This document shows positions 52,605 through 64,000 of a stretch of DNA of 64,000 nt, in pieces; position 1 is the stretch's first letter; each line of letters starts with the position of its first letter. Source of the DNA: Okamejei kenojei. Its lineage: Eukaryota. The stretch is taken from positions 17,360,001 to 17,424,000 of the forward strand of contig CM069163.1 in NCBI GenBank assembly GCA_035221665.1. Reading direction: 5' to 3'. Made by a program: the position numbers and the translations under genes. The notes beneath the pieces are model-generated. The model worked only from the letters and a program-made list of their open reading frames with translations. It had not been told where the DNA came from and did no database searches.

Positions 52605-52924
52605 CTGGAGGGATTACACAGAAATAATCCATCACTGCCCCCTTTCAGCATCACTGTCTCCGCTACAAACCCCACTCTCATCTGTTTGAACTGAAACAAC
52701 AGTGAGCTGGGAACAGAGACAAGTTGGAGGATATTTGGTTTGTTGAGTCTTCCTTACCTATACTTTCACCAGCCATTACATCAGGTACTAAGCTAAACTG
52801 AGTGCAGTCCTCAAGCTAGATCAGTGATTGGTAAATCAATACTCCCGTAAACAAACAGATGGACAACAAATAAAGCTTGCTATCTATCGGAAAAATACAT
52901 GGCAGTTACAAGCATTGGATGAAG

Positions 52925-54360
52925 ACCAAGTAAATGTCTACACAGACATTTTCAATCGGTCCCTGCAAACCTGCACTGTCCCTGCCTGTTTCAAAGTCTC
53001 CACTATTGTTCCCGTACCCCAAAAGCCAAGGATTACTGGTCTTAATGACTACAGGCCTGTCGCACTGACCTCTGTAATCATGAAGACCCTTGGAAGACGT
53101 GTGCTGGCCCATCCGAAATATATCACAAACCCCCTACTGGACCCCCGGCAGTTTGCATATCGGGCCATTAGATCAGTGGATGAAGCAGTCAACCTAGGCC
53201 TGCATTTCATCCTCCAGCACCTAGACCTCCAGGGGACCTATGCAAGGATTTTGTGTGTAGATTTCAGCTCTACATTCAACACCATTGTGCCAGAGCTACT
53301 ACACTCCAAACTCTCCCAGTTGACTGTGCCTGAACCCCTCTGTCAGTGGATCACCAACTTCCTGACAGACAGGAAGCAGCATGTGAGGCTGAGAAAGCAC
53401 ATCTCAGACCCACTGATCCTCAGACTAAGAGCACCGTAAGGCTGCGTACTCTCCCCTCTCCTTTACTCTCTCTACACAAATGACTACCTCCACGGACTCC
53501 TCTGTCACGCTTCTCAAGTTTGTGGATGACATAACCCTGATTGGACTGATCCAGGATGGGGAGGAATCTGCCTACCGACAGGAAGTGACACAGCTGGCGT
53601 CCTGGTGCCATTGCAACAGCCTGGAGCTCAATGCTCTTAAGATTTTGGAATTGATTGTAGACTTCAGGAGAGCTCCCTCTCCCCTCCCCCCATTCACCAT
53701 CAGCAACACCACAGTCACATCTGTGGAGTCATTTAAGTTCATTGGAACCATCATCTCCAAGGACCTTAAATGGGGGGCAACCATCGACTCCATAGTCAAA
53801 AGGGCCCAGCAGAGGATGTACCTCCTGCGGCAGTTGAGGAAACACAATCTGCCAAAGGCAATGATGGTCCCATTCTTTACAGCCATCATAGAGTCTGTCC
53901 TCACCTTCTCTATCATGGTCTGGCTCAGCCACCAAGCATGGAGGCTGCAGTGTATCGTTCAATCAGCCGAGAAGGTTGTTGCTGCAACCTTCCCCAATCA
54001 ACGAACTGTACATTGCAAGGGCCAGGAAGCGAGCGGGTAAGATCATCTCTGACCCCTCTCACCCTGGCCACCAACTTTGAAGCACTTCCCACTGGAAGGA
54101 GAGTCCGGACTGTCAAAGCCGCCGCAGCCGGATATAAAAACAGCTTTTTACCCACAAGCAGTAGCTCTAATCAACCGCCAAAAGTCTATAGCCTCCTTTT
54201 GCTCTGGTATTTTATTTCATTCTTCTCATGTATAAATTATGTTATATTTTTAATTGCCTACAGTATGTTATGATGTTATTACTTGCTAGCAAAGCGCCAA
54301 GGCAAATTCATTGTGTGTATACATACTTGGGTAATAAAATTTAATCAATACAATTCAATT
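52925..54360 (+). mobile_element. Rex1/Babar-type LINE, 5'-truncated RT
   Basis: LNDYRPVALTSVIMK, DFSSTFNTI, GCVLSPLLYSLYTND, LLKFVDD, then an AATAAA plus microsatellite tail. Confidence 0.9.
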
Positions 54361-54629
54361 TTTGAGCTGAAATGATAGTAATTGTTAACGGCTTCACTGT
54401 TTCAGTCCATTCCTGAGCATGACCAGAGTATTTGATTTGATGGAGATGTAACACTGAATGAAGATTTGCAAGATTTAATATGCGTTCTTCCAACACATGG
54501 ACCCTCACCAAACCGTTGATCTACACACACACACAACCATGAACAAACTATGTATCGGCATAAGGACAGCTCTGTGCTGCAGAGCAATCTCAGTTAATTG
54601 CAACAGGAAATTCAAGGCACGCCAGAATG

Positions 54630-56062
54630 ATTGGGACAAAGACCCATCATTTATTTATTTGCCTCTGTACTCCACAATTTGAAATTTGTAATAGAAAAAA
54701 ATCACATGTGGTTAAAATGCACATTGTCAGATTTTAATAAAGGCCATTTTTTTACATTTTGGTTTCACCATGTAGAAATTACAACTGTGTTTTATCGCTG
54801 TTTATCAACATGAGGACCAAAGTTGTGCCATTGAAAGTCAAAGAAGCCATTATGGGACTAGAAACAAGAATAAAACTGTTAGAGACATCAGTCAAACCTT
54901 AGGCTTACCAAAATCAACTGTTTGGAACATCATTTAGAAGAAAGAGAGCACTGGTGAGCTTACTAATCACAAAGGGACTGGCAGGCCAAGGAAGACATTC
55001 ACAAATGATGACAGAAGAATTCTCTCTTTAATAAAGAAAAATCCCCAAACACCTGTCCGACAGATCAGAAACACTCTTCAGGAGTCAGGTGTGGATTTGT
55101 CAATGACCACTGTCCGCAGACAACTTCATGAACAGAAATGCTGAGGCTACACTGCAGGATGCAAACCACTGGTTAACCACAAAAAATGGAGGGCCGGGTT
55201 ACAGTTTGCCAAGAAGTAGTTAAAAGAGCAACCACAGTTCTGGAAAAAGATTAACTTATATCAGAGTGATGGCAAGAGCAAAGTATGGAGGAGAGAAGGA
55301 ACTGCCCAAGATCCAAGGCATACCACCTAATCTGTGAAACATGGTGGTGGGAGTATTATGGCCTGGGCATGAATGGCCGCTGAAGGTACTGGCTCACTCA
55401 TCTTCATTGATGATACAACTGCTGATGGTAATAACTTTATGAATTCGGAAGTGTATAGACACATCCTATCTGCTCAAGTTCAAACAAATGCCTCAAAACT
55501 CATTGTCCAGCGGTTCTTTCTACAGCAAGACAATGATCCCAAACATACTGCTAAAGCAACAAAGGAGTTTTTCAAAGATAAAAAATGATAATTTCTTGAG
55601 TGGCCAAGTCAATCATCCGATCTGAACCCAATTGAGCATGCCTTATTTATTCTGAAGAGAAAACTGAAGGGGTCTAGCCCCCAAAACAAGCATAAGCTAA
55701 AGATGGCTACAATACAGGCCTGGCAGAGCATCACCAGAGAAGACACCCAGCAACTGATGATGCCCATGAATCACAGACTTCAAGCAGTCATTGCATGCAA
55801 AGGATATGCAACAAAATACTAAATATGACTACTTTCATTTACAGGACATTGCTGTGTCCCAAACATTATGGTGCCCTGAAATGGGAGGACTATGTATAAA
55901 CACTATGGTGAAACCAAAATGTATAAAAATGGCCTTTATTGAAATCTGACAAAGTGCACTATAACCACATGTGATATTTTCTATTATAAATCTCAAATTC
56001 TGGAGTACAGAGGCAAATAAATAAATGATGGGTCTTTGTCTCAAACATTATGGAGGGCACTG
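54630..56062 (+). mobile_element. Tc1/mariner transposon (IR/DR type) with decayed transposase at about 54810-55822
   Basis: QQDNDPKHTAK and WPSQSSDLNPIEH motifs, long TIRs with an internal direct repeat, and right end CACTG|TA. The left tip is missing. Confidence 0.92.
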
Positions 56063-56111
56063 TATTTAAGGTATGATCCTCTGAACAAGTTGCATTTTGA
56101 GAGAAACTCAC

Positions 56112-56202
56112 CTTTAGTGCGGCAGATCTCAATAAGGTTCACCACATTTTCGTGCTTCAACAGTTGCAGGATTTTGATTTCTCTCAAGGCCGTAATGGGA
56201 AA
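56112..56202 (-). CDS. CDK9: CDK9 exon 3
   Basis: FPITALREIKILQLLKHENVVNLIEICRTK with the PITALRE signature, 91 nt. Confidence 0.98.
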
Positions 56203-57974
56203 CTAATAAAAGTGTTTAAAAATAATTATTTGCATTGTACTTCTGGATGTAAATCTTTTCCTTTAACTGAAAAGATCTTCACAAAATTATTGCATCTCAA
56301 AAACATTTATACTACTTGTAAATTGAATTTATTATTTCAGCACACTCCTTGTTGGCCACTTGAGATCAAGTAAGACTCTGCTCTCACTGCCCTAACTGCC
56401 ACCATCTTGTTCAGTTGTCATCCAAGCACATTGATCTACAATGCTTCTTTGTTAAGCAATACCTAAATTCTAACCCATATTTTATGTAAATTCACCCTGT
56501 ATTATGTGAAGCTTTTCTATTTCTGAATATACAAGAGCATACACTTTCTTCTTTGTTATTGAGCCCTTGTGAAACTGAATCTGGAATATTATATATAGGT
56601 CTAGTCTTCAAAAAGGAAAGATATTATCATGATAGAGGGACTCCAGAAAAGGTTCACCTGGTTGATTTTGCAGATGGCAAGTATGGCATAAGAGGAGATT
56701 AAGTAGACTAGGTCTGTGGATGCATGTTTAATAGAGTGAAAGATGATCTCACAAAACATTCTTATGGGGGCTTGGCAAAGATGATGTTTCCCACAGCTGG
56801 TATGTCTGGAACTAAGCATCAGAATCAAAAAATATTCAGAGTCACAAAGGAATTTCTTTAGAGGCGAACAAATCTGTGGAATCCTCTGCTCAAGAGGGCA
56901 GTGGAGGCTCTGTCACTGAGAATCATCGGTCTACAAATATTAAGGGAAATTAAATTAGTGCAGGGAAATGAAATGGTAAAATTATGCCCTGATCTTGTTA
57001 AATGATGGAGCAGGAGGTGCCAAACGGCCTATTTCTTATGTTACATTCCAGTTTTGCAATCACCAGGGAGAGCTGGTCTTCTATATTCTGACCACTTGCT
57101 TGTTCTCAAGTTTAACTGCTCCACTCCTGTTGAGGTCTAGGTTCTGGCCTTTCAAGTCGTGTTTATTGTCACATACACAAATATGGTGAGCTATAGGCAC
57201 AATGAAAATTTTGCCTGCAGGAGTATCACAAACTTTATTTCTTCCCTAACTATCTCTGTCACTCTTTCCATTTTTAAGATGCTCCTTAAAACATGTGTCT
57301 GATCAGGTTCTTGATCACCTCTCATTGTTATTTATCTAGCATTCATTAATAGCATTCTTCTAAAGTGCGCTTCTTACTTGTTTTAACATTAAAGGCACTA
57401 TATATCAATATATATTGTTGAGGTTAGGATTTCCATCTCACCTGAACTGACAACTTAGGATAGGATAGGTACCAGCACAGTAAGAAAGGCAATCACAAGA
57501 GAACTGCTCAAATATCAGGTAAAACTAGTAAAAGATTTGATTTACTGTGTTATATGCATACAATTTCCTGCCTTTCTGCCACAAAAGGTTCAACTGATAA
57601 TTGTACCTGCCTCGTGTGGTAAGTGACACAAGCTGCAATTTCCATGGTTTGATAGATAGTCCACCAGACAAGATTAAAATGAAACCAAGATTGGAAGCAA
57701 CTCTCCAAATTAATGTTTAGAATTTTGGCTTCTGCTAAACGACTATTTATGGGCACTGTCTAGGCTCACACAAGTGGTAATTTGGTTGAGGTATCAAATG
57801 GCCTGCTCCTGCACCTATTGTCTATTGCCTTCAAATTATAATCTGTAATTCAACTTCCCCAAAAGAAATGGTCAATTAGAAAATATGCACACAACGCAAC
57901 CAACTGAAGCACCATAGGAGACTAAGTTAACTTTAATATTCAGACTGACGATAGAATATTAGGAACATACATAC

Positions 57975-58056
57975 CCCTTCCTTTTCATTTTCCATAAGCA
58001 CTTTCTTCAAAGCCACTTTTTTTCCTGTCTGCCGATGTCGTGCTTTAAACACCTCT
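57975..58056 (-). CDS. CDK9: CDK9 exon 2
   Basis: EVFKARHRQTGKKVALKKVLMENEKEG, 82 nt. Confidence 0.97.
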
Positions 58057-58406
58057 CTGTAAAACAATTACAGTACTTTTAGCCAACATACTCCTGTGAC
58101 CAACAAACCCCTCACACTATTTTCCAATTGCTCTCAGGTTATGCTTTTAAAACCATCAAAAACATTTCACATTTATAATCAGTATTCTGTCTGGAAACAA
58201 AATCAGCCAGCTAATTAAATTAAGAACATGTTTTTTTTTGGAGAGAAATTAGTAAATACTGACAAACAGAAATATAGGTGTCTCATACATTCAATGTGCT
58301 GAAATGACAAGCAATTCAGGGAAATGGCACACTGCATTTCTATTCCACAAAGGTTGCAGTACAAGAGCAAAGTATTTCTTCCGATGTACATGTTCAGTAA
58401 GATAAT

Positions 58407-59997
58407 ACATGATGCATTATGTGCTACTTTAGACTTTTTATCTTGCAAAGAATTCACTTCTTTTTCACAAAAATATGATTTTAATTCCCAGAATGAAATG
58501 TTTATTTAATGAAAGAAAATTGAGTGACTCGTTCAGAATGAGTCAAGATCGCACAGACATTGAGACTTTCACAGGGTGGATGATGAAGAGACTGGTTCTC
58601 CCGGCTAAATTTCACAGGATGGTCTAATAATCGGGGATAGACTATTTAGGATTAAGTTAAGGAAGAATTTCTTGATGTGTTAGGAATTTTCTATATCAGA
58701 ATTTGGACACACGCATCCAAGTACATTCGTTGGTGAAATAACAATGATTTCAACTGAAGGGAATTATAGCAAGTGGAATAGAATAGAATAGAATGCCTTT
58801 TATTGGCATTCAAACAACTTGGTTTGAACAAAATTGCATTTTCTACAAATTTTTACATTACAAAAAAACCCAAGACCCACACTTAACACAGTTTACATAA
58901 ACATCCATCACAGCGAGTCTCCAACACCTGCTCACTGTGATGGAAGGCAAAGTCTTATTGCTTCCCTTTGTTCTTCACTCGCGGTCCAGCAGTCCAACTG
59001 CAGTGTCTAGGTGAACTGGGGCTCCAACGTTAAAGCCCCCGGCGGACGATGGTAAGTTCTGTGGCCATTAAGCCATGCCGGGCGATGTAAGGCCCCGGCT
59101 CCGTGTCCTTTAAACCCCATGATTCCAGCGGGAGAAGTTGCCTTTGCGGGAGCTCCGAAAAGCCATCTCCCACCAGGGACTTGGAGCACCCGATGTTTCT
59201 GTCCACCGGGCCTGCAGCCGGAGCCTCCGAAGCCGCAGTCGGGTCGCAGCCGAGCATCACCACAGCCCTCCCCATTCCGAAGACGGCCAGCTCCATGATG
59301 TCAGGTCCGCAGGCTCCGTGACTGGGGTCCTCAGGTTGGCCCCGGTCGGAGGCCGCCGCCGACTCCACAATATTAAGCCCAACGACACCGGAGACCCGAC
59401 AGGGAAAAAGTCGGGTCCCTGTACAGGGAATAGATTAACGGTTTCCCCCACATCCCCCCCCCCCCTCCACCCCCCCACATATACACAGCTAAAAAAAATA
59501 ATAAAAACTAGGCTCAAGACATACACTTAACAAGACAAAATTTAAAAAAAAGACAGATGACTGCAGTCGAGCCGCTGCCGTTAGGCGCCGCCACACCCAC
59601 ATGATGCATCATGTGCTACTTTAGACTTTTTATCTTGCAAAGAATTCACTTCTTTTTCACAAAAATATTATTTTAATTCCCAGAATAAAATGTTTATTTA
59701 ATGAAATAAAATTGAGTAAAATTGAGAAAATAAAAGTGCGATCTTGACTCATCCAGAATGAGTCAAGATCGCACAGATATTGAGACTTTCACAGGGTGGA
59801 TGATGGAGACTGGTTCTCCTGGCTAAATTTCGCGGGACGGTCTAATAATCGGGGATAGACTATTTAGGATTAAGTTAAGGAAGAATTTCTTCATGTGTTA
59901 GGAATTTTCTATATCAGAACATTTGGACACAGGCATCCAAGTACATTTGTTGGTGAAATAACAATGATTTCAACTGAAGTGAATTATAGCCAGTGGA
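58407..59997. repeat. Direct duplication of about 370 bp (58407-58777 and 59599-59997) flanking an insertion
   Basis: The two blocks align end to end with scattered substitutions and one larger indel. Confidence 0.92.
58778..59598 (-). mobile_element. Non-coding retroelement, same family as 27262-28463
   Basis: GC-rich core, two 3' stem-loops, AATAAA and (TTCTA)n tail. Confidence 0.75.
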
Positions 59998-60737
59998 GAT
60001 CAGAAAGGAATATGACGGCAGAAGTTCATCCAACACTGTAAACCAGAACCAATTTTTTATGCTCAAATCTCTCCTCTAGAGGCAATAAGATCATGATCAG
60101 ATACGTATTTTTGATGTTTACTCAAGGTTAAAAAACATTGAAGAACCGAAGTTTTCTGATCAGAATACCATGGGATCGTTCACATCGATGGCAGATAGTT
60201 TCAGTTCAACATCTCCTGCGAGAGGCAGCTTTGATCGTGCGCCACTTCCTCATGACAGTGGTCAGCCAAATGCTTTGTGCCTGAGTCTCTGTCGAGGGAA
60301 TGGAGCTCACATCCGGCCAACACAGAGTAAACCCAGGGTAGGGCAATCCAGAACCAAAGTGAGAAGAACCTGAGGTGCAACATTTTCACCCAGAAGATGG
60401 CGGGTACATGGAACAAGTTGCCAGAGGTGGGAGTTGAGATAGGTACAATAACAAATGGACGGGTAGAAGGATTGGAATTTAGAGGGATATGGGACAAACA
60501 CTGGCAAACAGAACTAGCTTGGACGAGTTCCGTGCTCTATGATTTTGTGATCGAGTGGATCGAATTATGTTCCTGGTGTGGCTGGTACGAACGGGGAAGG
60601 AGACAGGTTTGTCAGCCGTAACTCGGGTGCTTCGAGCCGGTTATCCTCGGCCCCATTTGCGGGCCTCGGGCCTACCCTCCCCTCCCCTCCCTTCCCCTCC
60701 CAACCTCTCCTCGCCTCGCTTCTGCAGCCGGCCTCAC

Positions 60738-60877
60738 CCGAAGGTGCCCTGCCCGATCTTCGCCATCTTCTCGTACTTGGCGACCTCATCGCAAAACTGG
60801 AAGTCCAGCACCTCGTAGTACTTCACCATGTCGGCGCTGAGCCGGACCCCCATGCCGCTGTCCGGGCACCGCGCCAT
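60738..60877 (-). CDS. CDK9: CDK9 exon 1 (in-frame ATGs at 60877, 60853 and 60829)
   Basis: MARCPDSGMGVRLSADMVKYYEVLDFQFCDEVAKYEKMAKIGQGTF(G)|GTGAGG. Starting at 60829 gives 372 aa. Confidence 0.95.
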
Positions 60878-60912
60878 CTTCCACTGCGTGCTCGGAGGTT
60901 CCAGACCCCCGC

Positions 60913-61260
60913 GGCAGCGGCTCCAGCGGCCGGGCGCCGCACTGCAGCCTCCCCACGGCTAGACCTCACCGGCAGCGGCTCCAGCGGCCGGGCGCCGCAC
61001 TGCAGCCTCCCTACAGCTAGACCTCACCGGCAGCGACTCCAGCGGCCGGGCGCCGCACTGCAGCCTCCCTACAGCTAGACCTCACCGGCAGCGACTCCAG
61101 CGGCCGGGCGCCGCTCTGCAGCCGCCCCACGGCTAGACCTCACCGGCAGCGACTCGAGCGGCCGGGCGCCGTACTGTAGCCTCCCCACGGCTAGACCTCA
61201 CCGGCAGCGACTCCAGCGGCCGGGCGCCGCACTGCAACCGCCCCACGGCTAGACCTCACC
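60913..61260. repeat. 6 x 58-bp CpG-rich minisatellite directly upstream of CDK9
   Basis: Units start at 60913, 60971, 61029, 61087, 61145 and 61203. Confidence 0.97.
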
Positions 61261-61271
61261 CCAGGATTTGA

Positions 61272-61797
61272 CAGAGGTTCCAGGTCCGACAGAGGTTCAC
61301 CTGCACCTCCTCTAACCTCATCTACTGCATCCGCTGATCTAGATGTCAACTGATCTATATCGGTGAGACCAAGCAGAGGCTTGGCCGTCGTTTCGCCGAA
61401 CACCTCCGCTCGGTCCGCAATAACCAACCCGACCTCCCGGTGGCTCAGCACTTCAACTCCCCCTCCCATTCTGTATCCGACCTCTCTGTCCTGGACCTCC
61501 TCCACGGCCAGAGTGAGCAACACCGCAAATTGGAGGAACAGCACCTCATATTCCGCTTGGGGAGTCTGCATCCTCTTGGCATGAACATCGAATTCTCTCA
61601 ATTCTGTTAACCCTTGCTGTCTCCTCCCCTTCCTACCTCTCCCTCAGCCCTCGGGCTCCTCCTTTTTTCCTTTCTTCCCCCCCCCCCCCCCCCCCCCACC
61701 TCCCATCAGTCTGAAGAAGGGTTTTGGCCCGAAACGTTGCCTATCTCCTTCGCTCCATAGATGCTGCACCCGCTGAGTTTCTCCAGCATTTTGTGTA
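61272..61797 (+). mobile_element. Penelope-like element 3' fragment (GIY-YIG endonuclease plus hammerhead-like tail)
   Basis: RQRFTCTSSNLIYCIR*SRCQLIYIGETKQRLGRRFAEHLRSV...LPVAQHFN...GMN. The tail reads CTGAAGAAGGGTTTTGGCCCGAAACGTT, and there is a possible TSD CCCAGG(A/G)TTTGA. Confidence 0.88.
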
Positions 61798-64000
61798 CCC
61801 AGGGTTTGATCTGATCTGGCCGGCAGTGGCTCCAGCGGCTAGGTGCCATATTGCAGCCGCTGTCGCTTCAAACTTGATCCAGTTTCAATAGCTGCAAGTT
61901 ATTAATTTTTACTGTGAGGACTAATGCATTTTTGTCTCCATAAACCTTATTTTGCCGCTATTATCCATTTTGTACTCATTGTAAATTTTCATCGATAAAA
62001 GATTGAGCTGGAATTATTTGGCTGGTTAATATTTTATTGGCCAATCATTAATTTTCATATGTTAAACCCCAAGAGATTCAGATAATTTAAATTAAAGAAA
62101 ATTTAATTAAATGATAGTTTCCATTAATATATGCCTGAAATGCTCATAAGCTCAATTCCTTACAAGAATGTAGAAAGAATAAAATGTACAAAAGTCCTTC
62201 TAAGACTTTCAAAGTAGATGCTTTGAGCAGTTGGAGTTTCAGGAGCCAAGGCACCACGTCTAAAAAATCATCATTTAATACAGAGATGATACAAACATTC
62301 TCACCTGAAAAACAGTGAATCTTTGGAACATTCTATCCATGAGGGAACTGTCTATCCAGTATGATATGAAGAGAGATCAATAGGTTTGGGGATATTAAGA
62401 GAATTAAGGGTGGCTTGAGGAGCAGCCCCTGGTTATTCAGTGATAGATGGCCGATCCATTTGTGAAGGGGCTCCAGCAATCTTTGAGACCATAATCTACT
62501 CTAGGCTTCCAGTTGTGTTGATAAAGGCATTCAGTAACTTCCATATTACTTTGCAACACAGAACGAAGCATTCCAGCCAACCTATGATTTACCATGATTT
62601 ACAGAGCAAAACATTCCCCGACTAATTTTCCCTGTGACCTATTCCCATTAACCTTTCTACCACTCATCCATATTAGGAGCCATCTACAGGAGCCAATTAA
62701 TCACCAACATACAGGAATTTGGGATATGACAGGAAACCAATGCAGTCAGAGGAAACCCATGAAGTCAAAGGGAAATATGCAGATCCATACACTCAACACG
62801 GAGTCAAGACTGAACCCGCGTCACTCTGTAGCCTTTGTTTACTGGCAGGATGTTCAATCAATATACATCAAGACCGAAGATGAAAGTTAAAATGTATTTT
62901 GTGTGCAAGAACAAACTCCAGGAAATTCCTTTGGGCACAATGGAAAAAGGGAGTTGTCACCTACAGTCTGAGATTTGTATTCTTCAAAAATAATTTGGAT
63001 GGAGAAAAAGCTTGGAAAGTAAACTGATGACATTATGGCTTAACAATTAAAGTGTTCATTCAGAGTGGTGGTTTATGCATCTGTCTAAATCCCAGCATGA
63101 TAGTATGGGATAGTGAATTCATCTCAATGACAAGACTAAATTACTGGATTAGTGTAAAACCCAAATCTTCCACTGATGATTTTTGCAGCAATAATCTACC
63201 ATCTGGAATGTAGTAAATCCTGCTGTTCCTATCATTGCCTTATCTACATATGATCCCAGTGACACACTGCGATATTTACTCAGTTTTATTGTAATGGGAA
63301 ATAAATGGCGTGCAACTTGCATGCAAAAGTCATAGGCAATGTCCTACAGACAAGCCTTCTGTTAAAACGTCATTAAACCATGGTAGATGATCATAGCTCT
63401 ATGAGATTTGTAAACGGATATGTTGACAAGCAGTGTAACACTTGAGGCTTCTATCTTCGTTAGAAAGATGCACTTGCTGTGCACTTAAGCACAAACGAAT
63501 GTAAGAAATAGGAACAGAAACAGACCACACACCACATGCATGCTCTGAAATTTGGAAAGTTCATGGCTGATTGTCAACTGGAATTCCAATCGATTGTCAT
63601 AACCCATGGATGTCTCTCATAAATTCAATATTCCAGCAAGGGTAATTATGGAAAAAAAAACCCATAACTGCAATTGTTACAATTCTTGTCAGTATACCCG
63701 TTGAAAACCTCAAAAGATGGAATGAGGATTAATAGTGCCCTGACAAAAACGTCAACATTAATGACGCATGATGCATTCTTTCTCATGCATAGTTTTTGCC
63801 CTGTCTCCTAGTGAAAAGTGACATTAGTGACATGGAAACAAGGAACAATTTGCATTGATATAACATCTGTTTTTTTATATTGTAAGTAGCATGAAATGCA
63901 GGAAACATATCAGTGCATTGGCACCCATCCGTTCTCCTAAACAGCAATAAGATAACGACAAAATAAAATAATGACAACATGTTTCGATCATTTTGAATGA

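Noticed and set aside
60578-61601. ORFs across CDK9 exon 1, the minisatellite and the Penelope fragment; possible CDK9-55-like isoform
   Set aside because: These ORFs are antisense or repeat-derived, and an in-frame TAG at 60959-60961 blocks a long extension.
61860-64000. Exons of a divergent neighbour gene (SH2D3C lies next to CDK9 in human)
   Set aside because: No recognisable coding exon is present, only degenerate CR1 and SINE remnants.

Overview
Vertebrate nuclear DNA, most likely from a cartilaginous fish such as a skate or ray. This is inferred from the HE1-like V-SINE, CR1 and Penelope repeats and from the protein sequences. The window holds the conserved CDK9-FPGS-ENG cluster. CDK9 is complete (7 exons, minus strand, CDS 49048-60877). 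FPGS is complete (16 exons, minus strand, CDS 15541-43278, about 607 aa, with mitochondrial and cytosolic ATGs). The last coding exon of a convergent endoglin gene lies at 625-743 on the plus strand and is absent from the ORF track. The rest is intron and intergenic DNA rich in transposon relics: L2, Rex1/Babar, CR1, Penelope, Tc1, hAT, a Harbinger MITE and SINEs. Most other ORF-track entries are spurious or transposon-derived. The most notable unexplained structures are: (1) two TSD-flanked, roughly 130-nt SINE copies whose first 54 nt fold as a minimal P4-less HDV/CPEB3-like ribozyme; (2) many Penelope-derived mini-elements with a hammerhead-like core; (3) a decayed ZFP36/TTP-family gene fragment fused to a dispersed repeat in FPGS intron 11; (4) a roughly 370-bp duplication flanking a retroelement; (5) an extra FPGS intron; (6) a 6x58-bp minisatellite at the CDK9 promoter. 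All alignments and folds were done by eye, and no database was searched.
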